Shown: positions 1 to 14,150 of the stretch, in pieces
Position numbering within the stretch: the stretch's first letter is position 1
Layout: every line of letters begins with the position of its first letter
Assembly (NCBI GenBank): GCA_951406725.2
Contig: OX597834.1
Span: 14,260,001-14,324,000 of the forward strand
DNA: 64,000 nt
Source: Octopus vulgaris
Lineage: Eukaryota
Reading direction: 5' to 3'
The notes under the pieces: model-generated
What the model was told of the DNA's origin: nothing
What the model saw: the letters and a program-made list of their open reading frames with translations, nothing else
Databases searched by the model: none
Made by a program: the position numbers and the translations under genes

Positions 1-365
1 GGGTGTGTGAGATGACTTTATCATATTTTAAAATCCATACAGCTACATTAAATTCGTGCCAACATAGTTATTCTACTAAAAGAATATTCTATCTATTATC
101 AGTATGATTCTTGTTTCCTCCTTCAGAACATATATTGCTACACTCTTATATCCTTCCTTTCATTGTCAGAAAATTAAAAAAAAAAAAGAAATTGTAGAAA
201 AAATACAGAAAGGGAAGAAAGTAAAATGTACGTAAAAAAATAAACCTTCATGCGTGTTCGTTTTATTTTATTATTCCAAGATTCTTTTAAGACACACACT
301 CATACAAAAACGCACACACGCACACAGATACGCACACACATACAGATCGTGAGGAATAGCTCGAA

Positions 366-443
<78 letters not shown>

Positions 444-548
444 TTATATGCATATATATGTGTGTGAGTATATATATATATGTATATGTATATATATATA
501 CGTATATGTATATATATATACGTATATGTATATATATATATATATGTA

Positions 549-586
<38 letters not shown>

Positions 587-798
587 TACACGTACGCATG
601 GACACACAAGTAAGCACATTGGTACCAAGCATGATCAGAAAGCACTTGAATACGCATAATGTAGAGCAGAATACTATTTTATTAACGCCGAAAAGAGATT
701 CACACACTTCTACTTAGCGTTTAACGTGACCGTTCGTCACACCGTGGTATTAAAACTGAATAATTATTCAGTTATGGCATAGAACATATGTTTGAGTG

Positions 799-849
<51 letters not shown>

Positions 850-1009
850 ATGAAGGCTAGAGAATCAATTCTATAGCTTCAGTATAAACTAATACAATAG
901 GCTACCGTACATACTAGATACATCACACTCCTCTATTCATCCTACCTTCTATCTTTACTACTATAACTCGCTTCTAGCCTACCTATTAACCTCTCTCTCT
1001 CTTCTTTTC

Positions 1010-1312
1010 GCCCCTTTCAAGCCTTGCCAGGCTCATGTGCCCGGTTTTCCCGTTTCTGTAGGGTATGTGTTCCCCCCGGCTGGACGGGATGCCAGTCCAT
1101 CGCAGCGTTACTCAAGAAACAGGAAGTGAAATTGAGAGAAATGTGTGGCGAAAGAGTACAGCAGCGGTCACCACCACCCATTACCGTAGCCTCGTGGAGA
1201 TTTTATGGGTTTTCAATCAAAAAACACAAACAACGCCGGGTCTGGGAATCGAAACAACGATCCTCTGACAGCAAGTCCGCTGCTCTAACCACTGGGCCAT
1301 TGCGCCTCCACT
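1010..1312 (-). mobile_element. tRNA-derived SINE (head/body type A, Meta-domain-like tail)
   Basis: Minus strand starts GTGGAGGCGCAATGGCCCAGTGGTTAGAGCAGCGG with B-box-like GTTTCGATTCCC. Head and body match 39541-39740; tail CTGCGATGGACTGGCATCCCGTCCAG matches 8169-8240. Confidence 0.8.
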
Positions 1313-1849
1313 ATTATCCCCTATTGGTATTTAGGCAGTGTGTTACATGTTCTAGTGTCCCATTTATGTCTGTATGTGTGTATGTATGTATGTATGTATG
1401 TACGTATATATGTATGTATGTATGTATGTGTGAGTATGTATGTAGGTAAGTGTGTATGTATGTATATATGTATGTATGTATGTGTGAGTATGTATGTAGG
1501 TACGTGTGTATGTAAGTATGTATGTATGTATGTATGTATGTATATTGTAATAATGTATGAATGCATATCTGCATTTCTGAGTATGCAGGCATGCATGAAT
1601 GAATGAATGCATGCATGTATGTATGTACATCTGTATTTGGGTATGCATGTGTATTAATGTGTGTGCATGTGTGCGTTTATGTATATATATAAATATGAAT
1701 CTATATGTGGTTGGAGTCGTCTGTGCAATATATACGTACATACACATATATACATAAATACCAATTATTAGCAAGCATACATACAATCATACTCCGTTAT
1801 TGCCTGCGACTTATTTTAGAAAGTGGATCTTTCTCTATTGGCAAACATG

Positions 1850-2098
1850 GCAAGCAAAACACTATATTTCCCGTTGCTCGAGTTCACTCTGCTGTAGAAA
1901 TGACTTGCGACATCACTGGTGCCAAGCTGTATCGGCTCCATTGCCTTACCCTTGGATAACATCAGTGGTGTGCAGAGAGGAGGTTGGTATGCATGGGCGA
2001 CTGCTGGCCTTCCATAAACAACCTTGCCCGGACTTATGTCTGGGAAAGTAAATTTCCAGGTGCAATCCCATGGTCATTCATGACCGAAGGAGGTCTCC
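1850..2098 (+). mobile_element. 5'-truncated SINE, CORE-like body with RTE-like tail
   Basis: GCAAAACACTATATTTCCCGTTGCTCGAGTTCACTCTGCTG resembles the core of the 8018 SINE; ends GCAATCCCATGGTCATTCATGACCGAAGG. Confidence 0.55.
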
Positions 2099-2100
2099 CA

Positions 2101-2280
2101 TTGGTTCAGGTATATAATATGAGCTATTATACTTTACATTTCATATGAAAATCGTATTTACTTTTAGAGAGATTTAACACGAACCCGAGCTTGGTCCAAG
2201 TATATAATATGAGCAATTATACTTTACATTTCATATGAAAATCGTATTTACTTTTAGAGAGATGTTACACGAACTCGAGG
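2101..2280 (+). repeat. Tandem duplication, 2 x 90 bp
   Basis: Units at 2101 and 2191 are nearly identical (TTGGTyCArGTATATAATATGAGC...ACACGAACyCGAG). Confidence 0.85.
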
Positions 2281-2876
2281 TTTGTGCTATCACTTGGTGC
2301 TATCAGAATCATGTCCAAATTCTAGAGAAAACTATGTTGAAATATAATGGACGACATAGTAAGTAATATAGATGTAAATGCGCAAAAACTGAGAGACGGA
2401 TGCGATGGAGGTTAATAGGATGTCTGTTTTTAGCCAATATCTTTTGAATCAGGACTTATTTACAGGTCGAAGAACAGCGACAGCAGCAACAGCAATAACA
2501 ATTTTAAGAGTCAAACCAACAGCAAAAGATACAGCAACATCAACAACAACAACAAAAGAGTTCAGAAATTTCAGTAATAAATCAGATGATTTGCAGGCGT
2601 GAATAATTAATGAGAATCGTTTAATTAATTCTGTCTTCGATGATTGAATGAGGGATTACGTAGAAGTGACGCGTTTTTATTTGATATGGTAAATTGCCCC
2701 CTAGTAAATTGCAAAAGATTATGAACAAGTGAAAATTTTTACCAATATACAACGAAATATTATTTCGACAAACTTATCAGTTAAATTACTTGTATTATTT
2801 AAAAAATCATAACTAGCGTCTACTTATCTTTCATAACAGCAACGACAGCAAAAGCCACAGCAGCAGCGGCGGCGGC

Positions 2877-2916
<40 letters not shown>

Positions 2917-3150
2917 TTGGTGGTAGAGAAGGGGAGTAAAAGAAAAAGAAGGGGGAGAAAACGAAGAAGAAGAAAGATGAAGAAGAAGAAGAAGAAGAAG
3001 AAAACGTAGAAAAAGAAGAAGAAGAAGAAGGAGGAGGAGGAGGAGGAGAAGAAGAAGAAGAAGAGGAAGAAGAAGTAGAAGAAGAAGAGGAAGAAGAAAA
3101 AGAAGAAGAAGAAAAAGAAAAAGAAGTGAAGAAGAAGAAGAAGAAGAAGA
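2877..3150. repeat. Compound microsatellite (TAG)n/(GAA)n/(GAG)n
   Basis: Direct reading. Confidence 0.95.
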
Positions 3151-4415
3151 GAATAGTTCCGACTGGTTACCCATGAAGACTACCTAAAATATTTTTAAAT
3201 GCCCAAAATAAAGAATCACGATAAATAATAAGTCGAGATTCTGGTGGTTTCTAAAGGAATTATGGACATAACCTCTCTCCGAGCATTTCATTAATGTATA
3301 TTTTCATCAGATGTTATATGATCTTCGCTTAATATGGTATTTTTCTATCGGAGAAACATTTTCCAAAATCTGCTTTTACACATACAATGCTACTTTCCGT
3401 TGTTGAAATATTTATGAAAACAAACTACATTTTTTTTTCTTTAAAAACCAATTCTTTCCGTGGATTACTTCTCTAAGTCAACAGTAAGTTATTTCGTAAA
3501 CAACATGATGGCATTTTAAGTGAAAAGCCGCCCATACCAATATAAGTATATTTCCTATCATAAATAAACTTTCTTTAAATATTTTTACTTTCTAACTCAA
3601 AATATATTCTATTAGATGTGAAATTTCTTGTTTACACATAGCGAATGTAAATTAAATAATTTAGTTGTTTATGTTAAGTACAACTGTTTAAACAGTTGAT
3701 AAACTACCTAAATATATATGTTTGTAAATATATATATATCTGTAAATTGATATGTTACCATTATTCAATAGCCAAGATAAAACTCTGAGTTTCGGATGCC
3801 AAAGTGGAAATCCACAACACCATCTCTTCACCATTTCCTCTATTTACATAATATTGCGGTCTCTTTCTTTCTTTTGTTATCTTACCGTTTTACCAATATA
3901 TATATATATATATATATACATACCAGCCAAACTTGTACTATGAAAGAAGCAGCCAAATTGTACTATGAATTTTGAAAGTTATTCTCTTAGCTTGTATTAA
4001 ACATATATAAGAAATAAGAAATGGTTGTTAACTTTCATGTAGACGATAGAGCCGTTTTCTTGTGACCAATACCATCATGGCTGCATATAAACTTCTCATC
4101 TATGAACATTGCAGACTTTGGCTTATGTTCCGTACATCGTACAAGATAAGTCAATAACAGTTCGGGTAAAGCAAAAAACTTATGTACTACAATTTATTGA
4201 ATTTAAGTATTACAAGAAGCGAAAAGTACAAATATTTTTCCTTAGACGAATATAGTGTGACGTTGATAATATCAGTTCAAAGTTATTAATCTTTCTGCAA
4301 ATTTTAGTATGTTGATGTTATGGTAAAAACTTCCTTATAGAAAATGTTTCGTGTTTTACAAGAAGGGGCAAAAATGAAAAAAATTGTTCTTGCTCCCAAC
4401 TCTCATATTTTATAC

Positions 4416-4454
<39 letters not shown>

Positions 4455-4459
<5 letters not shown>

Positions 4460-4648
4460 TAATCCAAACAAGAAAACACGGGAAAAAAAGAGAAAAAATC
4501 ACACCAACGCAGGACGTGGACCAATTTAAATATTATTGACGCTCAGGAAAGAAGGGAAGGAGGGTTTAACGTTTCGAGCGGAGCTCTTCGTCGGAAACAA
4601 GGAGAAGGAAAGATCCCAAGAAGGGAAGACAGAGGAAAAATATTTGAG
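4455..4648 (-). mobile_element. Penelope-like/retrozyme-like repeat unit with minimal HHR motif (4564-4598)
   Basis: Homologous to the 256-bp unit at 62.3-62.9 kb. Minus strand reads GTTT-CCGACGA-A-GAGC-TCC-GCTC-GAAA-CGTT-AAAC. Flanked by (TA)n. Confidence 0.65.
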
Positions 4649-4669
4649 CTGGTGTTGCTCAAGAGATCA

Positions 4670-4679
4670 CATATATATA

Positions 4680-4715
<36 letters not shown>

Positions 4716-4772
4716 TGTATGTATGTATGTATGTATGTATGTATGTATGTATGTATGTATGTATGTATGTAT

Positions 4773-4866
<94 letters not shown>

Positions 4867-4882
4867 TGAGGGATAGATAGAT
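4670..4882. repeat. (TA)n-(TATG)n-(GATA)n microsatellite
   Basis: Direct reading. Confidence 0.95.
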
Positions 4883-5157
4883 ATAAGGTATCATGAAATG
4901 AAAAAAAATATGTAGGTGTCGATGATCTTTAATTCAAAACGAAGTTGGTACAAAACCAATATATTCTACAAATTGTTTCGGAGACTAATTAATTCCAAAG
5001 AAAAAAAAAAGAAAAGTTCTTCTTGAAATAAAACGTAGATTCTCCAAAACAATTTGTATAATATATATTGGTTTTGTACCAGCCTGGATTTGAATTGAAG
5101 ATTGTCAACTCACATATATATAATTTTCCTTTCGTTATACTTTTATTTATTTATTAC

Positions 5158-5248
<91 letters not shown>

Positions 5249-5752
5249 TTTACTTGTATTGTACCGGTGGTATTGGATGTTTGACATCTCTCTGAAAGTT
5301 TTCCATACTCACACCTTTATATACATATGTAGATACATAGATAGCTAGATAGATAGATAAATTGATAGATATGTGTGTGTGTATTAAGGGGTTGTTTATT
5401 GTTTCTCAAACTGAAAACATCTAAGCCTCACGTTTAAATCTGATTGCCAAAAGGGTTGTTCATTTGTTGAATAAGCGCCAAGAGAAAGTAATTCAAAATG
5501 AACTGTAATCTACTTCATATTAACCACATGGATAAACTCACTAAAAATGTTTCACCTATCGCAGCTCATGATGAGCAACAGTAACAAAACAATAACTATA
5601 TCAACCATTGCACTAGGAAATAACAACAACAATTCCAACTAACAAAACACCACCAGCATCCATAACGACGACCATAGAAACAAGGAACTCCACACAATAT
5701 ACTCTCTACCCTCGTCATCGACATTATCTTCACTGCTACCATCTGCCTCTGG

Positions 5753-6312
<560 letters not shown>

Positions 6313-6716
6313 TATATCATTACTCGAGCGGACGATACTGTGGTGAATTTTTAGTACATCATCGTGCCCAAATTGTGCAGACCCAAGCTCTCAACTATTT
6401 TCTGATAGGACTGGCGTATTACACGAAGAAGAGCACATCAATTCTCATATTTAGTACAGTATAGGGTCCAACCGATAATTATCTAATTGGGCCACGCCCA
6501 TCTTGGTGCCGGCCGTGACTACAGCTACTACAACGACTACTCTCACTAACCAGCCTCAACCGCTCCTTGTTTGTCCTCCCCACTAACAATGTTACTACCA
6601 CCTCTGCCAATAGCCAGATTCAACGCCTTTTTTCCTTTCCCCCAACTTACACCGCACCAATGTCATTAAACTCAAGCATACTTTAACTTGAATTTATTTA
6701 CAATCCACTTCGCATT

Positions 6717-6747
<31 letters not shown>

Positions 6748-6825
6748 TCAAACACACACACACACCACAAAATTTAAGGAATATTCCACCATTCTTTATG
6801 TGCGATGCTATGCACAGAAACCGGA

Positions 6826-6900
6826 TCTCCGTCGGTTACGATGAAGAGGTTTCTCGTTGGTTCGATCAACGGAACAGCCTGTTCGTGAAATTCATATGCA
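6826..6900 (-). mobile_element. SINE 3' tail fragment (same tail as the 39541 SINE)
   Basis: CTCCGTCGGTTACGATGA...GATCAACGGAACAGCCTGTTCGTGAAATT is the reverse complement of about 39853-39925. Confidence 0.65.
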
Positions 6901-7090
6901 TTCGTAGAATGATTCAGTGTGAGAAAGGATGTGAAAATGTTGGCCCTTTGAATAACAGGTATACTATCTTTCTCACTTCCCATTGGTCTCTCCCTACAAT
7001 GTATGTTACAGTAGGCCTCCCTCTCTCCTGCTTCTTGTCTTAACTCATTTTTGTCATAAGTGGGCTCTAGCCAATCGGGATATTTATCAT

Positions 7091-7792
7091 TTTGGCTGTA
7101 AATATTAACGATGGAAATATTAACGTTTAGTGAGAATTAAAAAAATTTGCTGTATTGATGTAAGTTTGAAGGCTGAATCTCAGGAGATAATTCAATTTTT
7201 CACGATTTTTTTTTTATGTAATAGAAGCTTGAGGTTTGATCGCTTTTATCCAGTCTCAAACATGAATTTGAAATTCTGAGTTTGTGCATCACGGCAAGTG
7301 TTGTGAATTGTAGTCAAATGAAATATTGGCAGAATTCAGCTTAACCTACGCCATATAAATCCTCATAACTTTGTTTAAAATTTGGAATATTCAGAAAATT
7401 TTTGGGAATTTGTATTCTACACACGGGATTCATAGGATAATGCAAAATCAAAAAAAAATCGTGCGTGATTTAAGGCCTCTTTAGCTGTTTGTTACTCGTA
7501 GCACATGTCATTCCGCATGTGTTTTAAGCATTTAATAATGGGCAAAAATAAACACGTGGTAACAACGTGGTTATTAATAGGGAAACAGGTACCCATAAGT
7601 CTGTGGTTTTCAACTAGGAAAAGTCACCCAAAATTGGCAAACTTGAAACGCTGTTATCTCTTTATTTATTGGTTTATGGCGAAAATAAGTAATTATGTAA
7701 TTGCCTTAAGAAATAGAACAAAATTACACCAATACGCCAAATATGAAATCAACTGGAGCGAAACCTGAAGAAACTGAAATTTGACAGCCAAA
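7091..7792. mobile_element. Possible non-autonomous DNA transposon (about 700 bp)
   Basis: Short imperfect terminal inverted repeats TTTGGCTGTAAAT / ATTTGACAGCCAAA. No TSD confirmed. Confidence 0.35.
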
Positions 7793-7945
7793 CAGAAAAA
7801 GATCCGTGAAATAACGCTTCTTTCTCAAGAAGATGGCGTGTTGACTGGAATCGAAATCACGACATTAGAAATAAAAAGAGAACAGCGAGAACACAAGTGA
7901 AATCAATAGCCCCGGAGCGATATATACATATTCCAGCAACTTAGG

Positions 7946-7980
<35 letters not shown>

Positions 7981-8017
7981 AACACACACACATATATGTG
8001 TGTGTGTGTGGGTCTGT

Positions 8018-8262
8018 GTGGAGGCGCGTGGCTTAGTGGTTATGGCGTCAGCATCATGATCGTTAGATTGTGGTTTCGATTCCTGGACCGGGCGACGCGT
8101 TGTGTTCTTGAGCAAAACACTTCATTTCACATTGCTCCAGTCCACCCAGCTGGCAAAAATGTGTAACGCTGCGATGGAGTGGCGTCCAGTCCATCTGGGG
8201 AACACATACGTCATTTAAAACGGGAAACGAGGCACACGAGCCTAGCTAGTCTTTAAAAGACC
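8018..8262 (+). mobile_element. tRNA-derived SINE (CORE-like plus Meta-like domains)
   Basis: GTGGAGGCGCGTGGCTTAGTGG (A box), GGTTTCGATTCC (B box), GTGTTCTTGAGCAAAACACTT core, CTGCGATGGAGTGGCGTCC tail. Confidence 0.8.
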
Positions 8263-8263
8263 G

Positions 8264-8328
<65 letters not shown>

Positions 8329-8380
8329 TCGAAAAAACACCTTTTATCAATTCAAAATGAACAATTAAATTACACCATCT

Positions 8381-8423
<43 letters not shown>

Positions 8424-9126
8424 GAGAGAGAGAGAGTGTGTGTGTGTGTGAGAGAGAAAGAGAATAATCGATAGGCATAACAATGGAACAAATAGACAAA
8501 GACTTACACTGTAATGAATTGTCAAATTCCACTTACAATTCAACCAATTTTTTTATAAACAAGTCTTCATCACGGAGCTTCCTCTGTGTCATGGAACCCG
8601 TAAAACACGAGGTTTGCTTTGCTTTCCGAAGATTTGGAACGAATCAGTCACGTTAACATCAAATTAGCAACACAACTTTGCGTATGCAGTTCATGCAGGG
8701 GAGATAATAAATAAAACTTTATTATACGAGTTTGTCTCTTAATGTTCTTAATGTTACAACAGCGCTGAGCAAGTTATTAGTGAACGAATCTTTCCTGTAA
8801 TAAGAAAAATGATGTATTGACGACATTTTAAAGTCGTACCGCTACCAAAATTACGAGACGTCTAAGACTATATATCGCGTTCTACAAGCATATTATCTTA
8901 AAGCCTAAGGTGTCACTGATACGCTTATATAATCAGTCGGTTCCATAAATATGATATAATGGCGTCTTTAGAATGATACAGATTTCTTATATGTTTAATA
9001 AATTAATATCTAATGTCTGAGATGTAATGGCGATCTGTAAAGTCCGATATTGCACCATTGGTCGTATTGTTAGTGTTATAAATGTATTGTTCTCTCAGAC
9101 ACCATCGCTCACTCTCCCTCGCTCTC

Positions 9127-9159
<33 letters not shown>

Positions 9160-9506
9160 TACACACTCGCACGCTCACTCAGTTTGTCATTCTCCCCCCT
9201 GTGTGTCACTCCGTCTCTTTCACTCTCTCCCACCCTCGCTCACTCATTTAGTCTCTTCGTTCATTAATTCTCCTGATATCCCAGCTAGCCCAGCAAGTTT
9301 CATTTTCTCTCAAATAGCGTGCATGTATGTATGTATGTATGTATGTATGTATGTATGTATGTGTATGTATGTACGTATGCATGCATGTATGTGTAAGCAT
9401 ATATATGTAGATATGTATATATGTATCTGCGTATAAATAATATATTATTTATATATATATACATATATATATATATATGTACATATATACATACACACAC
9501 ACCCAT

Positions 9507-9542
<36 letters not shown>

Positions 9543-9545
9543 GTA

Positions 9546-9590
<45 letters not shown>

Positions 9591-10513
9591 TTAATAAGGG
9601 TGAGAGAATTAGATACTAATTTAATAGTATATTTATTCCATATATATATATATATATATTTATACACGGGTATAGATGTGCATGCATTTGTATGTACGTG
9701 TTTATACAAGTATGTGCATAAGTATGCATATATGTATGTACGTACATATGTATCAAAGTATGTTTGTGCGGATGTATGAATGAGTGTATATGTGTGTGTG
9801 TATGTACGTGTTTATATAAGTATGCGTATATGCATGTACATGCATATGAATTAATGTATGTTTGTGCGGATGTACGAATGAGTGTATATATGTGTGTGTA
9901 TGTACAGTGGATGGACGAATGTATGGATGGATGCATGGATGGATGGATGGATGGATGGATATCGACTGTGATAAATTGCAGCAACCTTTGCTATATTCTG
10001 TCATCTTTACAGCTATACTCTGAGAAAATGTCAATGTGTCGACAAAACAATTCGAGTATCATAAATATTATATAGAACGGCAATCTTATAATGCCCTACT
10101 TCAACAATGAAACATAATCCAATGCTTATTCATCAGCTCCCATGGCATGCGTACTCTTACACAGACAAAATCTCTTAATTTTATGCTTGTCCAATTTATC
10201 AGATAAACACAATTGTGGTTTATCTTTATGAATTGAAACGCCTGACATGATATCTGAACAAAAACCGGCATAGTTTATTCTTATTGTTGTGTTTCAATGT
10301 GTATGAGGTGGTATAGTATTAAGTTTTTCTTTTGTCTTGCATGGTACCGGTTTCTATTGCACTAAGTAGACCAAGGGTGGATATATCTATCCAAATTGAT
10401 TAGAACTAGGGGAGCGAAACATGGCTGAATTCTGGCGAAGTTTTTCTGCATATGACATTAGGAATGCGGGAGTGTATTCTCTCTGCGATTTGTAACTATC
10501 TCACAGAGTTTTT

Positions 10514-10920
10514 TCTTTTACTTGTTTCAATCATTTGACTGCGGCCGTGCTGTCCACCACCTTTAGTTGAACAAATCGAACACATCGACCCCAGGACTTA
10601 TTCTTTGTAAGCCTAGTACTTATTTCATCGACCCCACTTGCCGAACCACTAAGTTACGGGAACGTAAACACACCAACATCGGTTGACATCGTATGGTGGG
10701 GGGGTACAAACACAAACGCAAACACAAACACACAAACTTATACATATAGTTAGATACAACGGGTTTCTTTCGGTTTCCGTCTACCAAACCCACTCACAAG
10801 GCTTTGGTCGGCCCGAGGCTATAGTAGCAGCCACTTGCTCAGGGTGCCACGCAAGAGGACTGAACCTATAACCATGTGATTCGGATACAAACTTCTTACC
10901 GCAGAACCACGCCTGCGCCT
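10514..10920 (-). mobile_element. Abundant about 400-bp octopus-type tRNA SINE (family O)
   Basis: Reverse complement of the copies at 32665 and 34537; moderately diverged. Confidence 0.85.
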
Positions 10921-11039
10921 ATAAGTTTAAAATAGTTTATAATTTAAAACTTGAGCAAGTATAAATGCTTAAGCGCTTTGAAAAAGTTTCCCTCCTCATA
11001 GCGTTGCTATACACGATAAGATTAATAATTCTTTATACC

Positions 11040-11230
11040 ATAGGAACATGGCATCAGGTGTTATGAGAAGAGGACAGTTGACTAGATTGAGTTCATTGAT
11101 TTCGAAATCTTAACGGCAAAGTCGATCTCCGAGGAGTTCAAACTCTGTAGGTAAAGGCTAACAAAAAGCTGCTAAGCATACTTGTCTGGTGCATTAAACA
11201 TTGCGGCTGCTCTAACCATTTTGTCGCCTT
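11040..11230 (-). mobile_element. Degenerate family B SINE
   Basis: GGCAAAGTCGATCTCCGAGGAGTTCAAACTC...GCTAAGCAT resembles family B. Confidence 0.5.
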
Positions 11231-12878
11231 TGAGTATTATTAATAATGGAATCTAAACTATCGCAAGTTAAATGTTGTGCACATTTGAAATAGAAAACAA
11301 ATTTTTGTCTACATTACATGCGCAGTGCTCAAAGATATTCTTTCATCTTCAGTGTATGAGGAAACAAAGAAAGATGTTAACCACTTTAAACGCTTAGTTA
11401 AGCAAGATTGACACAGCTACAACAGCACGAATATCCATAACCATCAAGAAAAAGATTTTGTACTTTGAAGATGATAATGTTAATTCTTCTTTTGAGTTTG
11501 AACCACAACACAATTATCCATTAACATTTTTTTGTGAAATTGAGAGAAATATTTGTGCATCCCTAAAAGATAGCAACGAAGATTATTGATTGGAGAAACC
11601 AATTTTTTTTTTTTTTTTAGATATTGTTGAAAATATATTTTAGTTTTTGTTAAGAAGTGTATTCTGCAAAGCAGATGCAGTGCGTGACACATTATTTAAA
11701 ACATATGCGATATTGAAATCGAAAGCCTACTTGAAAAAAATGACTTTCTCATCACTTTCAGTCACCGACTATCCAATAGACTTTTGCTTCTAAAATATTT
11801 GTATAACCTTCTCTCTTGACAGCTCGAAAAAACACTAAAAAAATGTTATCAAATATTGATTAGAAAATGGAAATTATGTTTCTAGCGTGTCTAAGAGAAG
11901 TAAAAATATTTCACTTGTAGGAATTCTGGAAAATTCCAGCGGACAATTATTCCGTCTTAAAGCAAATTTCCTAATCTTATCATTCATGTTTTATAAAATA
12001 TTTAAATCTTAGCCGTAAAGATTTTCATAAAATGTCACTTCTTATTAATATTAAAAACGCAGCGTTAAGTGTTTTGGGCTCCGGCAAATTATGTGCGAAT
12101 CATTTATCAGTGTGTGTAGCTGTGTGTGAGTGTTCATAACTGTGTTTAGGTTGGACGCAAGGGATTTGTGTGTATTGAAATGGAGGAAAAAGATAGTGGG
12201 GAATGGAAATCTATTTTTATGTGTTCGCAATGTGAAATTAAAAAGTCGATCCATCACTGCGACAATCTTGAAGAAGTCGCTGTGGAAAGGTTAATTCAAC
12301 GCAGAAAAATTAGATTTGTCTCTGCTTCATTAGTATTCATTTAATATAAAGGAAAATCTGAGTGAACTAAAAGCCCTGAGCATTTTTTAATTTATTTATG
12401 ATATAAAAGCTTCATCTTGTGCAAGTATGACTCTTTAAGTCAATACAGACGTGTCCGCTTCTTACATGAGATTTTATACTATGCATTAGCTTAACCACGT
12501 TTACAACTCACCAGGGGGAGAAATGTTAAAGTTGAACTCGGTCAGCAATGAAGATAAAAGCCTGAAAGCCAAAACTAATTAAACTTTAAGGCATATATTT
12601 TTGCAAGTCTGTTGTAATATTAGCACTACGCAATATCGAATTGTCACAGAAGAGCCGTAAAAGTGGCAGAATAAACAAAGGGTTGATAGATTTAGTTCGA
12701 CCATATTACTATATATTAGGTTAAGTTGTCTCGATAGGTTGGGAGTCAAATTTAATATCAATGATAAATTTAAACAGACAGCCAATGTAAGTGAATGAAA
12801 AGAAGTGTTTATTGTGTTAGTGATGACTATGATTTAGCAGGTTATATATTTTTCTTAACTTCGACTAGCTTTCCACAG

Positions 12879-12991
12879 AATTTCTGAAAGAGTCATGGCA
12901 AATGAGAGAAGTTGCGAAGCACAAGGATGTAGATGAGAGGAAAACAAATTATATGAAACCTCTCATCGGAGATCCGAAGATACATTGTTAA
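12879..12991 (+). CDS. Possible terminal coding exon, unknown gene (xFLKESWQMREVAKHKDVDERKTNYMKPLIGDPKIHC*)
   Basis: Branch-like TTCTTAAC plus CTTTCCACAG acceptor, 36 sense codons, AATAAA near 13026. No homology recognised. Confidence 0.25.
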
Positions 12992-13214
12992 TATGAACTT
13001 GTTTTAAATAGAAACTTCAAAAGAAAATAAAAAAAAATATTCGTACGGTTACACTACTAGTTAATATATGTATCCATATACAATTAGGTATAGGTAAATT
13101 GAGGTCCGTTTTATTTATTAAATAATTATGAACAACCACGATTTGACTGGTCACGCGATCTGGCATTCTTGAAAAATATTAATTACATCCAGACACGATC
13201 ATGGAAGATAACGG

Positions 13215-13615
13215 AGGCAAAACTGACTGTGGTAAGGAGCTTGCTTCCCAACCCCATATTTCCGGGTTCAGTGCCACTGCGTGGCACCTTGGGTAAGTGT
13301 GTTCTACTGTAGCCTTGGGCCGACCAATGCCTTGGGAATGAATTTGGCAGGTGGAAACTGAAGAGTTTATCGTACGTATGTATGACTATGTGTGTGCGTG
13401 TGTGTGTGTGTGTGTGTTTGTTTGTTTGTGCCTCTGTTTGTCTTCCAGAGCCGGTGCTGGTGTATTAACATCCCCGTAAATTATTGGTTCGGCAAAGAAA
13501 CCGATAGAATAAGTCCCACGCGTCCAAAAATAAATGAATACTGGAATCAATTTATTCGACTAAAAATTCTTCAACGCAGTGCTGCAGCTTGGCCGCTGTC
13601 CCATGATAAAAAGAT
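13215..13615 (+). mobile_element. Family O SINE, diverged
   Basis: TGTGGTAAGGAGCTTGCTTCCCAACC...GGGTTCAGTGCCACTGCGTGGCACCTTGGG...GGTTCGGCAAAGAAACCGATAGAATAAGT. Confidence 0.75.
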
Positions 13616-13869
13616 GAAACATGATGCCAGTCTCCAAGCTTCAACGATGCTCTTTCAGCTCATAAATGGCTGCGCATTCCGCAGACATTTAAAAAGTTTT
13701 TTCGTAAGTTATTAACCAAATCTTATTCGATATTCGACAAGCCTTGCTAACTATATCACATAATCCTTAAGATGGACGTCAAAAAATCTTGATTCTGCGA
13801 GTAAGAAGCTCATTTTGACACCGTATTTAATCCCACTGCAGAGCAACTTAGTCGCGTATCTTCTACTAT

Positions 13870-14150
13870 AAGCGTGGAACCGACCAATTATGTATGAGTT
13901 AATTTTGGTAAATGGAAATACTGTAGAAACCCGTAGTATGTATATGTCTGTTTTTGTGTGTGTGTATCTGTTTGTCTGTGATTGTCATCTCCACCGTTTC
14001 ACTAGTGTTAGTTTGTTTACGTCCATGTTCCATAGCTGCTATGCAAAAGAGACTGGTAGAATAATTTACTAGACTCTAAAAATAAGACAAAATTAAGTGC
14101 CAGGATCGAGGCTGTGCTCCAGACTGGCCACGTTACAATGACTGAAACTA
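13870..14150 (+). mobile_element. Family O SINE, highly degenerate
   Basis: CCGACCAA...TGGTAAATGGAAA...GCAAAAGAGACTGGTAGAATA...ATGACTGAAAC. Confidence 0.5.

Noticed and set aside
250-717. Long ORFs rich in YI, HT, CV, poly-I or poly-L here and throughout the window
   Set aside because: They are translations of (TA)n, (CA)n and (TAA)n microsatellites.
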